Both the position numbers and the translations under genes were made by a program. From an uncultured Methanomassiliicoccales archaeon (GTDB lineage: Archaea > Thermoplasmatota > Thermoplasmata > Methanomassiliicoccales > CAZOLG01), in NCBI GenBank assembly GCA_964580935.1, contig CAZOLG010000001.1, forward strand, positions 3,114 to 67,113: a DNA stretch of 64,000 nucleotides. The letters are read 5' to 3'. Within the stretch, counting starts at the first letter, position 1. Each line of letters starts with the position of its first letter. Shown in pieces: positions 1-8,724 of this stretch. The notes below the pieces were generated by a model. It was given only the letters and a program-made list of their open reading frames with translations. It made no database searches and was not told the origin of the DNA.

Positions 1-1490
1 ATTTCACCCTTTCTTGCAACTGCTGAAGATATATCCACGACTCGTGTTTCGTTGCTTTGAATCAAACGAATATCTGGAGTTGAATAGGCATTTATAGGCG
101 ACCCCCATCTGATTCTGATTCCGTCTTGCAGGGCGCCATCAGGAATGTGAACATTTGGATTTTGAGGCTTCTTCTTAATATACTCATTAATATCAGAGAA
201 ATCTGGTTCAACCTCAAGTGGATCAAATCTATCCTTGAGGATGTTACTGAGTATTCTAAGATTCTTATCAGGTGATATGAATTTATCCCAGCTAGGATCT
301 TCACCCCATGAGATACTCTTCCCATATGATAATTCTTCTTTGAAATTCTGTACTGTGTATCTGCCTCCCCTATATCTGTTGACTCTTTCATGAATTGTCT
401 CAAATAACTCTAATAGAACTTTGAAGACTCCTTTGTGATTGAGCCATCCGTGTTGTGGTGATCTTTCCCAAGCATAGGGCCAAGTCTGTTTGACTGCCGA
501 AAGGTAATCCTTTATGATCTCGGCAGCTCTTCCTGGGGCGTTTCTATGTTCCTCAAGACATCCTGAATAGTAATCCTTCAAAACTGAAACAGCTTGAAGA
601 GCGTCAATGAAACCTTTCTTATGTGGAGCGACTCTGATCTTATCCCATACAGGGTTACTCTCAATATTTCCAAATGCATTCAAGAATAGACAGATCTCAT
701 AAGCCCATCTCCTATCCATATTGTTTGTCTCATCAAGTGGAGAAATGTTGAAAGCATACTGTAATAACATCTTGTGTAATTTGTGCAAATCTTCGGATTT
801 AGTTGTGATCTCAGTGAAAAGCTTTGCCTGTTCTGACTTTCCAAACTCATTAGGTGGCAAAATAATCGTAGGCACAAATTCTTCTCTGTAATGAGAATGG
901 CGGTAGGGTATCCCTCGAATTCTATGTTGCCCATCGATTACAATTGCGGGTTGCCAACTCGTATTATGACGCGAACATTCATGATCTGAACATCTATCTT
1001 GATATATTGTCTTTCCATCATCATCCTTGAAATCCATACCACATTCAGGGCAGCTATTCTTCATCCACGGCTCTATCCTGACTGTCAATGGGGAGCTTCT
1101 AAGATTGTTCTGAATACCTGAAAAGGCATCTGAATCCTTCAACGCAATGACGACAGGATTAACAATATAATTGGTATCCTCATCAAAAAAATCTGATATC
1201 TCTTCTATCCTTGAAAATGATAGTTCTCGTTGCCAATTGAAATCGCTCCCTTTAATTGGGGAAATTGCCTTTTCCGCTATATCAATGTTTGACCACTCTC
1301 GAAAATTAATCGAAGGAACGTCGCACATTAGATCCAATTCCTTAGCAGGTATCCCACAGAAGACAATATCTTTGCCCTTTTGCCTAATTGCAAAAGCATT
1401 AACTTCTATTGGATCTGTTTGGGGCTCCTTTACTCTGTGAATGATTTTGTCACAATAGTCTTCTTCGCATCTTTCGATTTCTATTTCCAT
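1..1490 (-). CDS. DGQHR-domain protein (DndB/ParB-like nuclease superfamily); N-terminus complete, C-terminal end runs off the window
   Basis: My translation of the minus strand from the ATG at 1490 stays open for 496 codons down to position 1. It is absent from the ORF track because it has no stop inside the window. It contains the literal motif IDGQHR and a CPECG...CSDHEC zinc-ribbon-like insert. Its start overlaps the stop of the upstream HNH gene by 10 nt. Confidence 0.7.
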   Translation of the reverse strand, partial: MEIEIERCEEDYCDKIIHRVKEPQTDPIEVNAFAIRQKGKDIVFCGIPAKELDLMCDVPSINFREWSNIDIAEKAISPIKGSDFNWQRELSFSRIEEISDFFDEDTNYIVNPVVIALKDSDAFSGIQNNLRSSPLTVRIEPWMKNSCPECGMDFKDDDGKTIYQDRCSDHECSRHNTSWQPAIVIDGQHRIRGIPYRHSHYREEFVPTIILPPNEFGKSEQAKLFTEITTKSEDLHKLHKMLLQYAFNISPLDETNNMDRRWAYEICLFLNAFGNIESNPVWDKIRVAPHKKGFIDALQAVSVLKDYYSGCLEEHRNAPGRAAEIIKDYLSAVKQTWPYAWERSPQHGWLNHKGVFKVLLELFETIHERVNRYRGGRYTVQNFKEELSYGKSISWGEDPSWDKFISPDKNLRILSNILKDRFDPLEVEPDFSDINEYIKKKPQNPNVHIPDGALQDGIRIRWGSPINAYSTPDIRLIQSNETRVVDISSAVARKGE

Positions 1491-1984
1491 TCAATTTCCC
1501 CCCAAATGGGCAAGTTTCCTTTCAACTGATTATGAAATCTACACAACAACTGAGTATTTTCTCTATCAGATGTTCCGCCGAAAGATCTTGGCCATTTATG
1601 ATCTAATTCCAATTTTTCAGCATTCCCACACTTGCTCAACTTCCACTCACATTCATTGATTCTATTCATGTGCCACTTTTTTGCCTCTATCTTCAACGAG
1701 GATCTCTCAGCCTTTCTTCCCGTAAGACCTTGCTTAATTCGTTCTCTAAGGACGTTTAGTTCAATTGGCCATTGATCAATATTTGCATCATACCATTCGG
1801 TCATAATCTCATAAACCAATCCTTCCACATCTGAATTTTCAGGAATCCTCTTCTTGGTTTCTTCCAACAATTCACAGTAGATGGACCAACGAATCAAAGA
1901 CTTGCATGCTTGTTCGATTCCTTCTTTGTTGATCGATGGACATCTGGATGCGAAATCGAGTAGATCATTGACTGATTCTGTCAT
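1481..1984 (-). CDS. HNH endonuclease-domain protein
   Basis: 167-aa ORF. C-terminal CGNAEKLELDHKWPRSFGGTSDRENTQLLCRFHNQLKGN matches the HNH (His-Asn-His) nuclease signature. A+T-rich codon usage unlike the rest of the window. Confidence 0.75.
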   Translation of the reverse strand: MTESVNDLLDFASRCPSINKEGIEQACKSLIRWSIYCELLEETKKRIPENSDVEGLVYEIMTEWYDANIDQWPIELNVLRERIKQGLTGRKAERSSLKIEAKKWHMNRINECEWKLSKCGNAEKLELDHKWPRSFGGTSDRENTQLLCRFHNQLKGNLPIWGEIEWK

Positions 1985-2232
1985 GTATATAATTTTATTG
2001 ATTTCGTAATATAATTACTTTTTGCACATTTTACGCGCTTCCAGATCTAATATGCCAATCGACTTGAAAACTTAAGTAACATTTCTTGTGGATTGTTCTC
2101 GGCATTAATCTGATTATCAATTGCTACCTTCTGCTATCTAAAAGTCCAAACCATGTATTTGCGCGGAATTATTTGCACGAATCTCTAGTCAATAATTATT
2201 AGTAACTTTCCACGTTGGGAGCCAACAATAAT

Positions 2233-2445
2233 TCAGCCCTTCATCACACCCAACGGTTTCAGCCTAGCAACAGGCATTGACAGCCCCGCGTTTTCGACTA
2301 TCGATACCACATGGTCGACGTCCTTGTAGGCGCCAAGCGCCTCCTCAAGCACACCGTCCTTCGTAGTAGACCTCAGATAGATGCCCTTGGCGTTGAGATC
2401 GTCCTTTGATTTAGTGAGATTATGTATCTTGATGTATTCGCCCAC
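2233..2445 (-). pseudogene. Displaced duplicate of the rtcB 3' end (about the last 60 codons), no upstream rtcB body
   Basis: The 70-aa ORF ...DLNAKGIYLRSTTKDGVLEEALGAYKDVDHVVSIVENAGLSMPVARLKPLGVMKG is near-identical to the C-terminus of RtcB encoded at 3789-5243. Confidence 0.85.
2309..2400. repeat. 92-nt near-identical direct repeat, copy 1 (partner at 3865-3956); att-like core
   Basis: By-eye alignment: acatggtcgacgtccttgtaggcgcc....gcctcctc.agcacaccgtccttcgtagtagacctcagatagatgcccttggcgttgagatc, about 5 mismatches. Flanking homologous sequence is much more diverged. Confidence 0.8.
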
Positions 2446-2628
2446 TGTCTCGGTAATGAGTGTGGGACATCCTCTTATCTCTGGTAGGGATCGGTCGTGT
2501 AGTCAAACGCCGTAAGCGTCACTTGAAGACTACTAAACACCCATGAACGATTTGATCTCAACTTCAGCATTAGGAATTCAGAATCTAGGAAACCCTCGAT
2601 CGGTCTTCATAGACAGTAAATACGAGGG

Positions 2629-2859
2629 TTACAGATTCAATTCCCATTCCCGCTCTCCCTTTCTCACTAGAATGTTCTCTCTCTGAAGGTACCTGTCCCT
2701 CATTTTGATATACTTGATTGAATCGATCAGTTTCCATCTCGGAGTGGGTCGCCTCTTCACCTTCCGCTCCCTGTATTTTCTATCAACCTGCCGCCCCCTC
2801 TCAGCCCACATTTTCAGATCAACCTCTCGCATTTTCAATCTCCTCCAGTATACCTTCAA
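2629..2859 (-). CDS. Small, very basic hypothetical protein
   Basis: 76-aa ORF rich in R/K. Its start overlaps the end of the upstream 222-aa gene by 41 nt. No recognisable domain. Confidence 0.3.
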   Translation of the reverse strand: MKVYWRRLKMREVDLKMWAERGRQVDRKYRERKVKRRPTPRWKLIDSIKYIKMRDRYLQRENILVRKGEREWELNL

Positions 2860-3487
2860 GCATCTGTGCTGAGAGCCCTTCTTCGCATTTCTTCCTTAGA
2901 TACGGCCAGTCGATGTCTTCATAGAATGAAGCGCCCATCCTGATTGCCTGCTCTTTATCACTCTGACTTTCCCAGTGTTCTGCAGCCTGGATTCTATCAA
3001 AGATAATGTCCTCCAATCCTATCACGAACGCGTGACCCTCACTAGTGGTCACTTCGGTCAATTTCTCTTCTGAAATGTCTTCCTTGTCACCAGGTATCTC
3101 GATGTATAGGCCAAGATCTTCTCTCACCCACATTCTTCCTTCCTTCTTGAAACCAAAGGCATCCATGACCTCCCCGAACTCATTTCTCTTGCCCTTGTCA
3201 ATGGCTAGATCGATATCTCCTGTAGCATACCAGTCTCTGGTATAGAATTCAACAGCCGCCCCCCCGATCACAACAGGCACAACGCCCCGCTCCTCCAGCT
3301 CTCGAGTCAGAACTGACATCACGTAGAGCGTTCTCTCGAACCCCCTCTCTAAGTTCCGTGCCCTCGCCAGTCCCTCTCCCCTTTCTTCCTTGATCGGGTA
3401 ATCCAATCTTCTCTTGCACCTGGGACAGGCTTTGGGCTGATCTTTACGGGGGGACCATTCGTAATTGCAGTGAGGACACTTCATCAT
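2819..3487 (-). CDS. Zinc-ribbon plus nucleotidyltransferase-fold protein (MNT/AbiEii-like)
   Basis: N-terminal CPHC...CPRC ribbon. VVIGGAAVEFYT...TGDIDLAI resembles the GG/S...DxD minimal nucleotidyltransferase motif. Confidence 0.5.
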   Translation of the reverse strand: MMKCPHCNYEWSPRKDQPKACPRCKRRLDYPIKEERGEGLARARNLERGFERTLYVMSVLTRELEERGVVPVVIGGAAVEFYTRDWYATGDIDLAIDKGKRNEFGEVMDAFGFKKEGRMWVREDLGLYIEIPGDKEDISEEKLTEVTTSEGHAFVIGLEDIIFDRIQAAEHWESQSDKEQAIRMGASFYEDIDWPYLRKKCEEGLSAQMLEGILEEIENARG

Positions 3488-3788
3488 AGAGATAGTAGTA
3501 GTATTAGTAGTTGTAATTTTGTATTGAATCCTCTGATGGGAAACGAGTCGTATATTGGTCTGTGATTGCCTGCCATTGTGTGTACCAGGATTATTCTTAG
3601 CAATGGAGCCTTAGGCGCCTCTCGATATTCCATCAAATATGGCCTTTCGCTTCAACGGGGGGCACTCGGCCCGGCCGACGGTAGTAGAGAGATCATTCTG
3701 TTGACTGCATCTGGGACTCAGATGGGACACCAATATCTTGCAGATACTCTTATCGGCATCCGTTTGATACTCTAGTGCAGAGTGCGGT

Positions 3789-5243
3789 CTACCCTTTCAT
3801 CACACCCAAAGGTTTGAGCCTTGCTACAGGGACTGAAAGACCTGCGTTTTCGACTATGGAAACAACATGGTCGACGTCCTTGTAGGCGCCCGGTGCCTCC
3901 TCCAGCACACCGTCCTTCGTAGTAGACCTCAGATAGATGCCCTTGGCGTTGAGATCACTCTTGACGGACGTGAGGTCATGTACTCTGGTGGCCTGTCTGC
4001 GCGACATGGTCCTGCCGGCCCCGTGGCAAGTCGACCCGAAGCTCTGCTTCATGGCCTCGTCTGTGCCCACGAGCACGTAACTGCCCGCGCCCATGTTGCC
4101 CGGTATGAGCACGGGTTGTCCTACCGACGAGTACTGCTGAGGGACTTCAGGGTGACCGGCGGGGAACGCCCTGGTGGCCCCCTTTCTGTGCACGTAGACC
4201 TCCCGCCTCTTGCCCTCAACTTCATGTTCCTCCAGCTTGGCTATGTTGTGCGCCACGTCGTACACCATGTCCATGCCCATGTCCTCGGCGCCCGCGTTCA
4301 TTACCTCTTCGAAAGACTGTCGGACCCAGTGTAAAATCATCTGTCTATTGGCCCAGGCGTAGTTGGCACCGCAGGCCATGGCCTTGTAGTAGTCCTGTCC
4401 GTCGTCGGAGGTCACGGGCGCACACGCCAGCTGCTTGTCCGGTAGGTCGATACCACGTTTCTTGACGCTGCGCTCCATCTCCTTGAGGTAGTCCGTAGCG
4501 ATCTGGTGGCCGCATCCTCTCGACCCGCAGTGGATGGTGACCGTCACCTGGCCCTCCTCAGTTATACCGAACGCCTCGGCCTTCTCCTGGTCGATGATCT
4601 TTTCCACTCTATCGACCTCCAAGAAGTGGTTGCCCGAGCCCAGCGAGCCGACCTGGGGCACGCCGCGCTTCTTGGCCTTGTCGCTTACTTTTGAAGAGTC
4701 TGCGACATCCATGTAGCCGTTCTCCTCAGTGACTTCCAGGTCACGGTCCCAGCCGTAGCCCGACTCGACGGCCCACTTGGAGCCGTAGTCCAGGATGTCG
4801 TCGATCTGGCTGGCGGCCACGTCTGTGACCCCCTTAGAGCCTACGCCGGCGGGGACGTTGTTGTACAGCGTGCCCATCAGGTCCTTGATCTTGGGCACTA
4901 CGTCCTCCTCTCGCAGGTCGGTCCTGATTAGCCGAACACCGCAGTTGATGTCGAAGCCTATGCCGCCCGGGGAGATGACACCCTCTTCAGCGTCCAGGGC
5001 GGCCACGCCCCCGATGGGGAAGCCGTACCCCCAGTGGATGTCCGGCATCGCTAAAGAGTTGCCGACGATGCCCGGTAAACAGGCCACGTTCACCACCTGC
5101 TCCGCCGCATCGTCGTTACGCAGCTGTGGGATCATCTCGTTGTCAGTGAAGATGGTAGCGTCAGTCCTCATGCAGCTCTTGTAATCCTGAGGTACCTTCC
5201 ATTTGTAATCTGTAATCCTGTAAAGCGGTCCCTTCCAAGTCAT
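3789..5243 (-). CDS. rtcB: RNA-splicing ligase RtcB
   Basis: 484 aa. Typical RtcB blocks: PDIHWGYGFPIGGV, GFDINCGVR, GSGNHFLEV, HCGSRGCGHQ, STCHGAGR. Confidence 0.95.
   Translation of the reverse strand: MTWKGPLYRITDYKWKVPQDYKSCMRTDATIFTDNEMIPQLRNDDAAEQVVNVACLPGIVGNSLAMPDIHWGYGFPIGGVAALDAEEGVISPGGIGFDINCGVRLIRTDLREEDVVPKIKDLMGTLYNNVPAGVGSKGVTDVAASQIDDILDYGSKWAVESGYGWDRDLEVTEENGYMDVADSSKVSDKAKKRGVPQVGSLGSGNHFLEVDRVEKIIDQEKAEAFGITEEGQVTVTIHCGSRGCGHQIATDYLKEMERSVKKRGIDLPDKQLACAPVTSDDGQDYYKAMACGANYAWANRQMILHWVRQSFEEVMNAGAEDMGMDMVYDVAHNIAKLEEHEVEGKRREVYVHRKGATRAFPAGHPEVPQQYSSVGQPVLIPGNMGAGSYVLVGTDEAMKQSFGSTCHGAGRTMSRRQATRVHDLTSVKSDLNAKGIYLRSTTKDGVLEEAPGAYKDVDHVVSIVENAGLSVPVARLKPLGVMKG
3865..3956. 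repeat. 92-nt near-identical direct repeat, copy 2 (inside the rtcB 3' end)
   Basis: See 2309-2400. Confidence 0.8.
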
Positions 5244-5445
5244 TCTCTCACCATCAACAGATTACTCACTCCTTCTTTTAACTCTTGCGAAGGAGGCTAG
5301 CCTCAGAGTATCGCCCGAAAATCCGGAATGGTCGCTGTTGCTCTCCTGTTCTTCATTTCAAAACCGGTAGAACACCATTTCTATCATTATTCGAACTCTG
5401 TTCAAAATATCTTTAATAAATGAACCTTATAAAAACAGGGATAGA

Positions 5446-6639
5446 ATGATCGGGGGAGTGACTGGGGCCGCGTTTCTTGGTATGCGTCCATACTCCTTCA
5501 TGTTCCTCTTGGGCGCCGCGTTCTCACTGGCCCTGGGGATGTTCTTATTCAGAAAGCACCCCTCGGCAAAGATTTCTTTCCTGTTCCTGGTGCTCATGGT
5601 CTTCATCTTTCTGGCCTCCGTCTTCTCCTTCGTATTCGTTAACGTGGCCGATGAGTCTCTGGCCACTCTCACCGCCCAGTTGCTGGTGGCCTCTATCGTC
5701 CTGGCCTATTCCTGCATATTTCTGGTCTACTCGCTCGTGGCCTACCAGGAACGCATCGGCCGGTTGGCCGATCACCTGGGCCCGTACGCTCTCGCTTCTC
5801 TGGTCTTGGCCGCTATCCCCGCTTTCTTCCTGGCGGAGGTGCAGGAGTGCCCGTGGGGTTGGGGCGTGCCCGTGAGTTTGTCCATGGGCCTGCTCTACAC
5901 GATCATAGGCGGTTTCATCTTACTCTCGGTACTCCTCCTACTGTCGTTCTTCCCCATGACCGACTCCAGGGTGAAGTACACCTCCTCGTTCGCCACCTTC
6001 GGGATCATCGCCCCAGTGATCGTGGCTTTCCCCCTGGCCTTCTACGACATAGTCGGTTACGTCCTGGGTCTGGTGGTCGGTCTGCTGGTGACCGCCGTAA
6101 TATTCTCTGTTGGTATACTGCGCTACGACGTGTTCGCCTCTTTGCTTATCCTGGAAGAGGAGAAGCCCCCGGTGGAGGTGGAGACGGACCATTACTCCTG
6201 TCTGCTCATCGAGGGCAAGGACACTTCCGGAGCCTACCGCACGTTCATGGATCTCGTGTCCGAGGCTGACCAGGGACTGCTGGTGTCCAGGGTCTATCCG
6301 GAGAGACTTAGGGACCGTTACGGGCTGGAAGACATCAGGGCGATATGGCTGACCGATCAGCCCGGTCCAGACCGCATAGATCCTACCAATCTGTCGATCC
6401 TGCAGCACACCATCTTGGACTACTTGGAAGACAAAGATGGACCGGTTCTACTGCTGGATGGGCTAGAGTACCTGATCGCCAACAACTCGTTGGAGAACAT
6501 ACTGGTACTCCTATACAACATCAGGGACGAGCTGACGATGAGGGGAGGGAAGGCCATTCTGCCCGTGGACCCAGATACCATGGACGAGAGAGAGCTTTCG
6601 CTGTTCGAGAGGGAGTGTGAGGTCAGGAAAGAAAAATGA
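5446..6639 (+). CDS. Multi-pass membrane protein with C-terminal DUF835-like cytoplasmic domain
   Basis: About 230 hydrophobic N-terminal residues in several TM segments. The C-terminus (LLIEGKDTSGAYRTF...LLLDGLEYLIANNS...PVDPDTMDERELSLFERE) resembles DUF835. Confidence 0.75.
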   Translation: MIGGVTGAAFLGMRPYSFMFLLGAAFSLALGMFLFRKHPSAKISFLFLVLMVFIFLASVFSFVFVNVADESLATLTAQLLVASIVLAYSCIFLVYSLVAYQERIGRLADHLGPYALASLVLAAIPAFFLAEVQECPWGWGVPVSLSMGLLYTIIGGFILLSVLLLLSFFPMTDSRVKYTSSFATFGIIAPVIVAFPLAFYDIVGYVLGLVVGLLVTAVIFSVGILRYDVFASLLILEEEKPPVEVETDHYSCLLIEGKDTSGAYRTFMDLVSEADQGLLVSRVYPERLRDRYGLEDIRAIWLTDQPGPDRIDPTNLSILQHTILDYLEDKDGPVLLLDGLEYLIANNSLENILVLLYNIRDELTMRGGKAILPVDPDTMDERELSLFERECEVRKEK

Positions 6640-6644
6640 GAGAG

Positions 6645-6719
6645 GGCCGGGACCGAGATTCGAACCCGAGTCAAGGGATCCACAGTCCCTGAGGATAACC
6701 AAACTACCCTATCCCGGCC
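6645..6719 (-). tRNA. tRNA-His (anticodon GUG) with encoded G-1
   Basis: Hand-folded cloverleaf. Acceptor GCCGGGA/TCCCGGC, D stem AGGG/TCCT, anticodon stem AGGGA/TCCCT with loop CTGTGGA, T arm TCGGG-TTCGAAT-CTCGG. Extra 5' G opposite the discriminator C. No encoded CCA. Confidence 0.9.
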
Positions 6720-6806
6720 ATTGAGTTGCTATGGCAATGCTTGAAAATAATTAAAGCTTTTTGTTCTATGGTGGCTGCTTCAGACCGCCCATTACCGAAA
6801 ACAGAT

Positions 6807-7388
6807 CTATTCGTAAGGGAACAGCGAATACAGCAGGGCGAACTTCTCTTCTTTGTCCTCTGGGTGTCCCTCTGCCAGCCTGGACATTCCCTTGTCCAGT
6901 TCAGACACCAGTTCTTCGGCCTCCTGTGCCGACTCGGGAGTGTTGGGCACCACGACATAGTTGGCGCCGAACGGGTACCTGGGCCTTTGCTCTATATCCA
7001 TAAAATAGTCTTCTCTCTCGTCTAGGACTCTAATGCCCCGGTTCAGTATGCCCTTGATGGCCCCCATGGCGGCGAACACCAGCTCCATTCTTTCGGCAAT
7101 GTCAATGGTCGTCTCATCGGCAGCCTCGGACACCATCCCCGGTTCGAAGTTGGACCGGTAGTACTTCTCCACCAGGTTGCCGACCACTTCTTCTTTAGTC
7201 AAGTAGATCAGCTCAGCGGATAGAAGCTTCTTCACGTGGTACTGAGCGTTCTGGATGCTGATCTTGAGCAGCTTCGAGATCTGGGTGGTGGTCATCTCCC
7301 TCATGGACAGCATGCTCAGTATGGCCAGCCTGTTCGGCTCTGAGAGGACTTTGATATGCTCCTCCTTGATCTTGTTCATGGAATTCAC
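6807..7388 (-). CDS. ArsR-type winged-HTH transcriptional regulator with extended C-terminal domain
   Basis: LSEPNRLAILSMLSMREMTTTQISKLLKISIQNAQYHVKKLLSAELI is a typical ArsR/SmtB HTH. Confidence 0.75.
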   Translation of the reverse strand: MNSMNKIKEEHIKVLSEPNRLAILSMLSMREMTTTQISKLLKISIQNAQYHVKKLLSAELIYLTKEEVVGNLVEKYYRSNFEPGMVSEAADETTIDIAERMELVFAAMGAIKGILNRGIRVLDEREDYFMDIEQRPRYPFGANYVVVPNTPESAQEAEELVSELDKGMSRLAEGHPEDKEEKFALLYSLFPYE

Positions 7389-7800
7389 TCAAATGTATTT
7401 TTAACGATATTACCTAATAGTAACTATTAAATACTTCGATTATACTCACTAAAATCTCATTAGAGCGGTATGATAGGAATTAAACGAGGTGATGACCGTG
7501 AAGAAAAAGAAGAATAATAAAGGGATGCGTCAGTACTTCAACTTCAATATGCTGCCCAGGTAGGGATATTGAAAAACCTCTTTCTACACCTTCCATCCTC
7601 CACTCGCTATGAGATTTCCTAATCCCTTTCTTCAAGATTTTTGAGAGTTGACACCGGACCAATCCGCAGTATGTCCGGACAATCCACATCATCTCTTGAT
7701 GTTCTCGTGCATAAACTCAGATTGAAACATATTGTGGGCCGCGATGACCGCCCTCGCACATAACTGTTAAAAAGGAATTTGGTGTAGAAGTCACGAGAAC

Positions 7801-8709
7801 ATGAAGCGCAATATCATTTCAGTACTGGATATGAAGGATGACATGGAGGACTTGATCTCACACGCCGTGGACATCAAGGCGGGCAAGGCCGTGCAGGACT
7901 TTCCTCTTGCCGGTAAAAACCTGGCCATGATCTTCGAGAAATCGAGTACCAGGACCAGGGTGTCCTTCGAAGTGGGGATGACCCAGCTCGGCGGCCATGC
8001 TTTGTACTTAAGCCCCAAGGACATGCAGATGGGTAGGGGGGAGACGGTGGCCGACACTGCGAAAGTACTCTCCCGCTACGCGGACGCTATCATGTACAGG
8101 GCGTTCAAGCACGACGTCATGGTGGAGTTGGCGGAGAACGCCACCGTGCCGGTCATCAACGGGCTAGACGATCTTGAACACCCTTGCCAGATCGTAGCCG
8201 ACCTTCAGACTGTGAAAGAGAAGAAGGGGTTGGAAGACATCAAGATGGTGTACCTGGGGGACGGGAACAACGTCTGCAACTCCCTCCTGCTGGGCGGCGC
8301 GCTGGTGGGCATAGACTTCACTGCTTCATGCCCCGAGGGCTACTACCCCGACTCGTCCATTCTGTCCAGGGCTCAGGAGATCGCCAAGGCTAAAGGCATC
8401 ACATCGGAGGTCGTGGAGGACCCTGAGGAGGCCGTGGAGGGCGCAGATGTCGTCTACACCGACGTCTGGGTCTCCATGGGTCAGGAGGGGGAGAAGGAGG
8501 AGAGGGAGAGAGTGTTCGCTCCTTACCAGGTGAATTCAGAACTGGTGTCTAAAGCCAAAGAAGACTGCATCGTGATGCACTGCCTGCCCGCCCACCGCGG
8601 GCTAGAGATCACCGGCGAGGTGATGGACGGTCCCCAGAGCGTGGTGTTCGACCAGGCCGAGAACCGCCTGCACGCCCAGAAAGCGATACTGGTCTCTTTG
8701 ATCGGTTGA
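7801..8709 (+). CDS. argF: Ornithine carbamoyltransferase
   Basis: STRTRVSFE carbamoyl-phosphate motif, HPCQ, LGDGNNV (ornithine-type) and HCLPAHRG motifs. 302 aa. Confidence 0.93.
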   Translation: MKRNIISVLDMKDDMEDLISHAVDIKAGKAVQDFPLAGKNLAMIFEKSSTRTRVSFEVGMTQLGGHALYLSPKDMQMGRGETVADTAKVLSRYADAIMYRAFKHDVMVELAENATVPVINGLDDLEHPCQIVADLQTVKEKKGLEDIKMVYLGDGNNVCNSLLLGGALVGIDFTASCPEGYYPDSSILSRAQEIAKAKGITSEVVEDPEEAVEGADVVYTDVWVSMGQEGEKEERERVFAPYQVNSELVSKAKEDCIVMHCLPAHRGLEITGEVMDGPQSVVFDQAENRLHAQKAILVSLIG

Positions 8710-8724
8710 TGGATGATCAAGAGC

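Noticed and set aside
7480-7692. 70-aa minus-strand ORF, plus a 23-aa basic plus-strand ORF with a GAGGTGA Shine-Dalgarno-like sequence, both in the spacer upstream of argF.
   Set aside because: Neither has a recognisable domain or supporting context, and the small ORF could be chance. There is insufficient evidence to call either.
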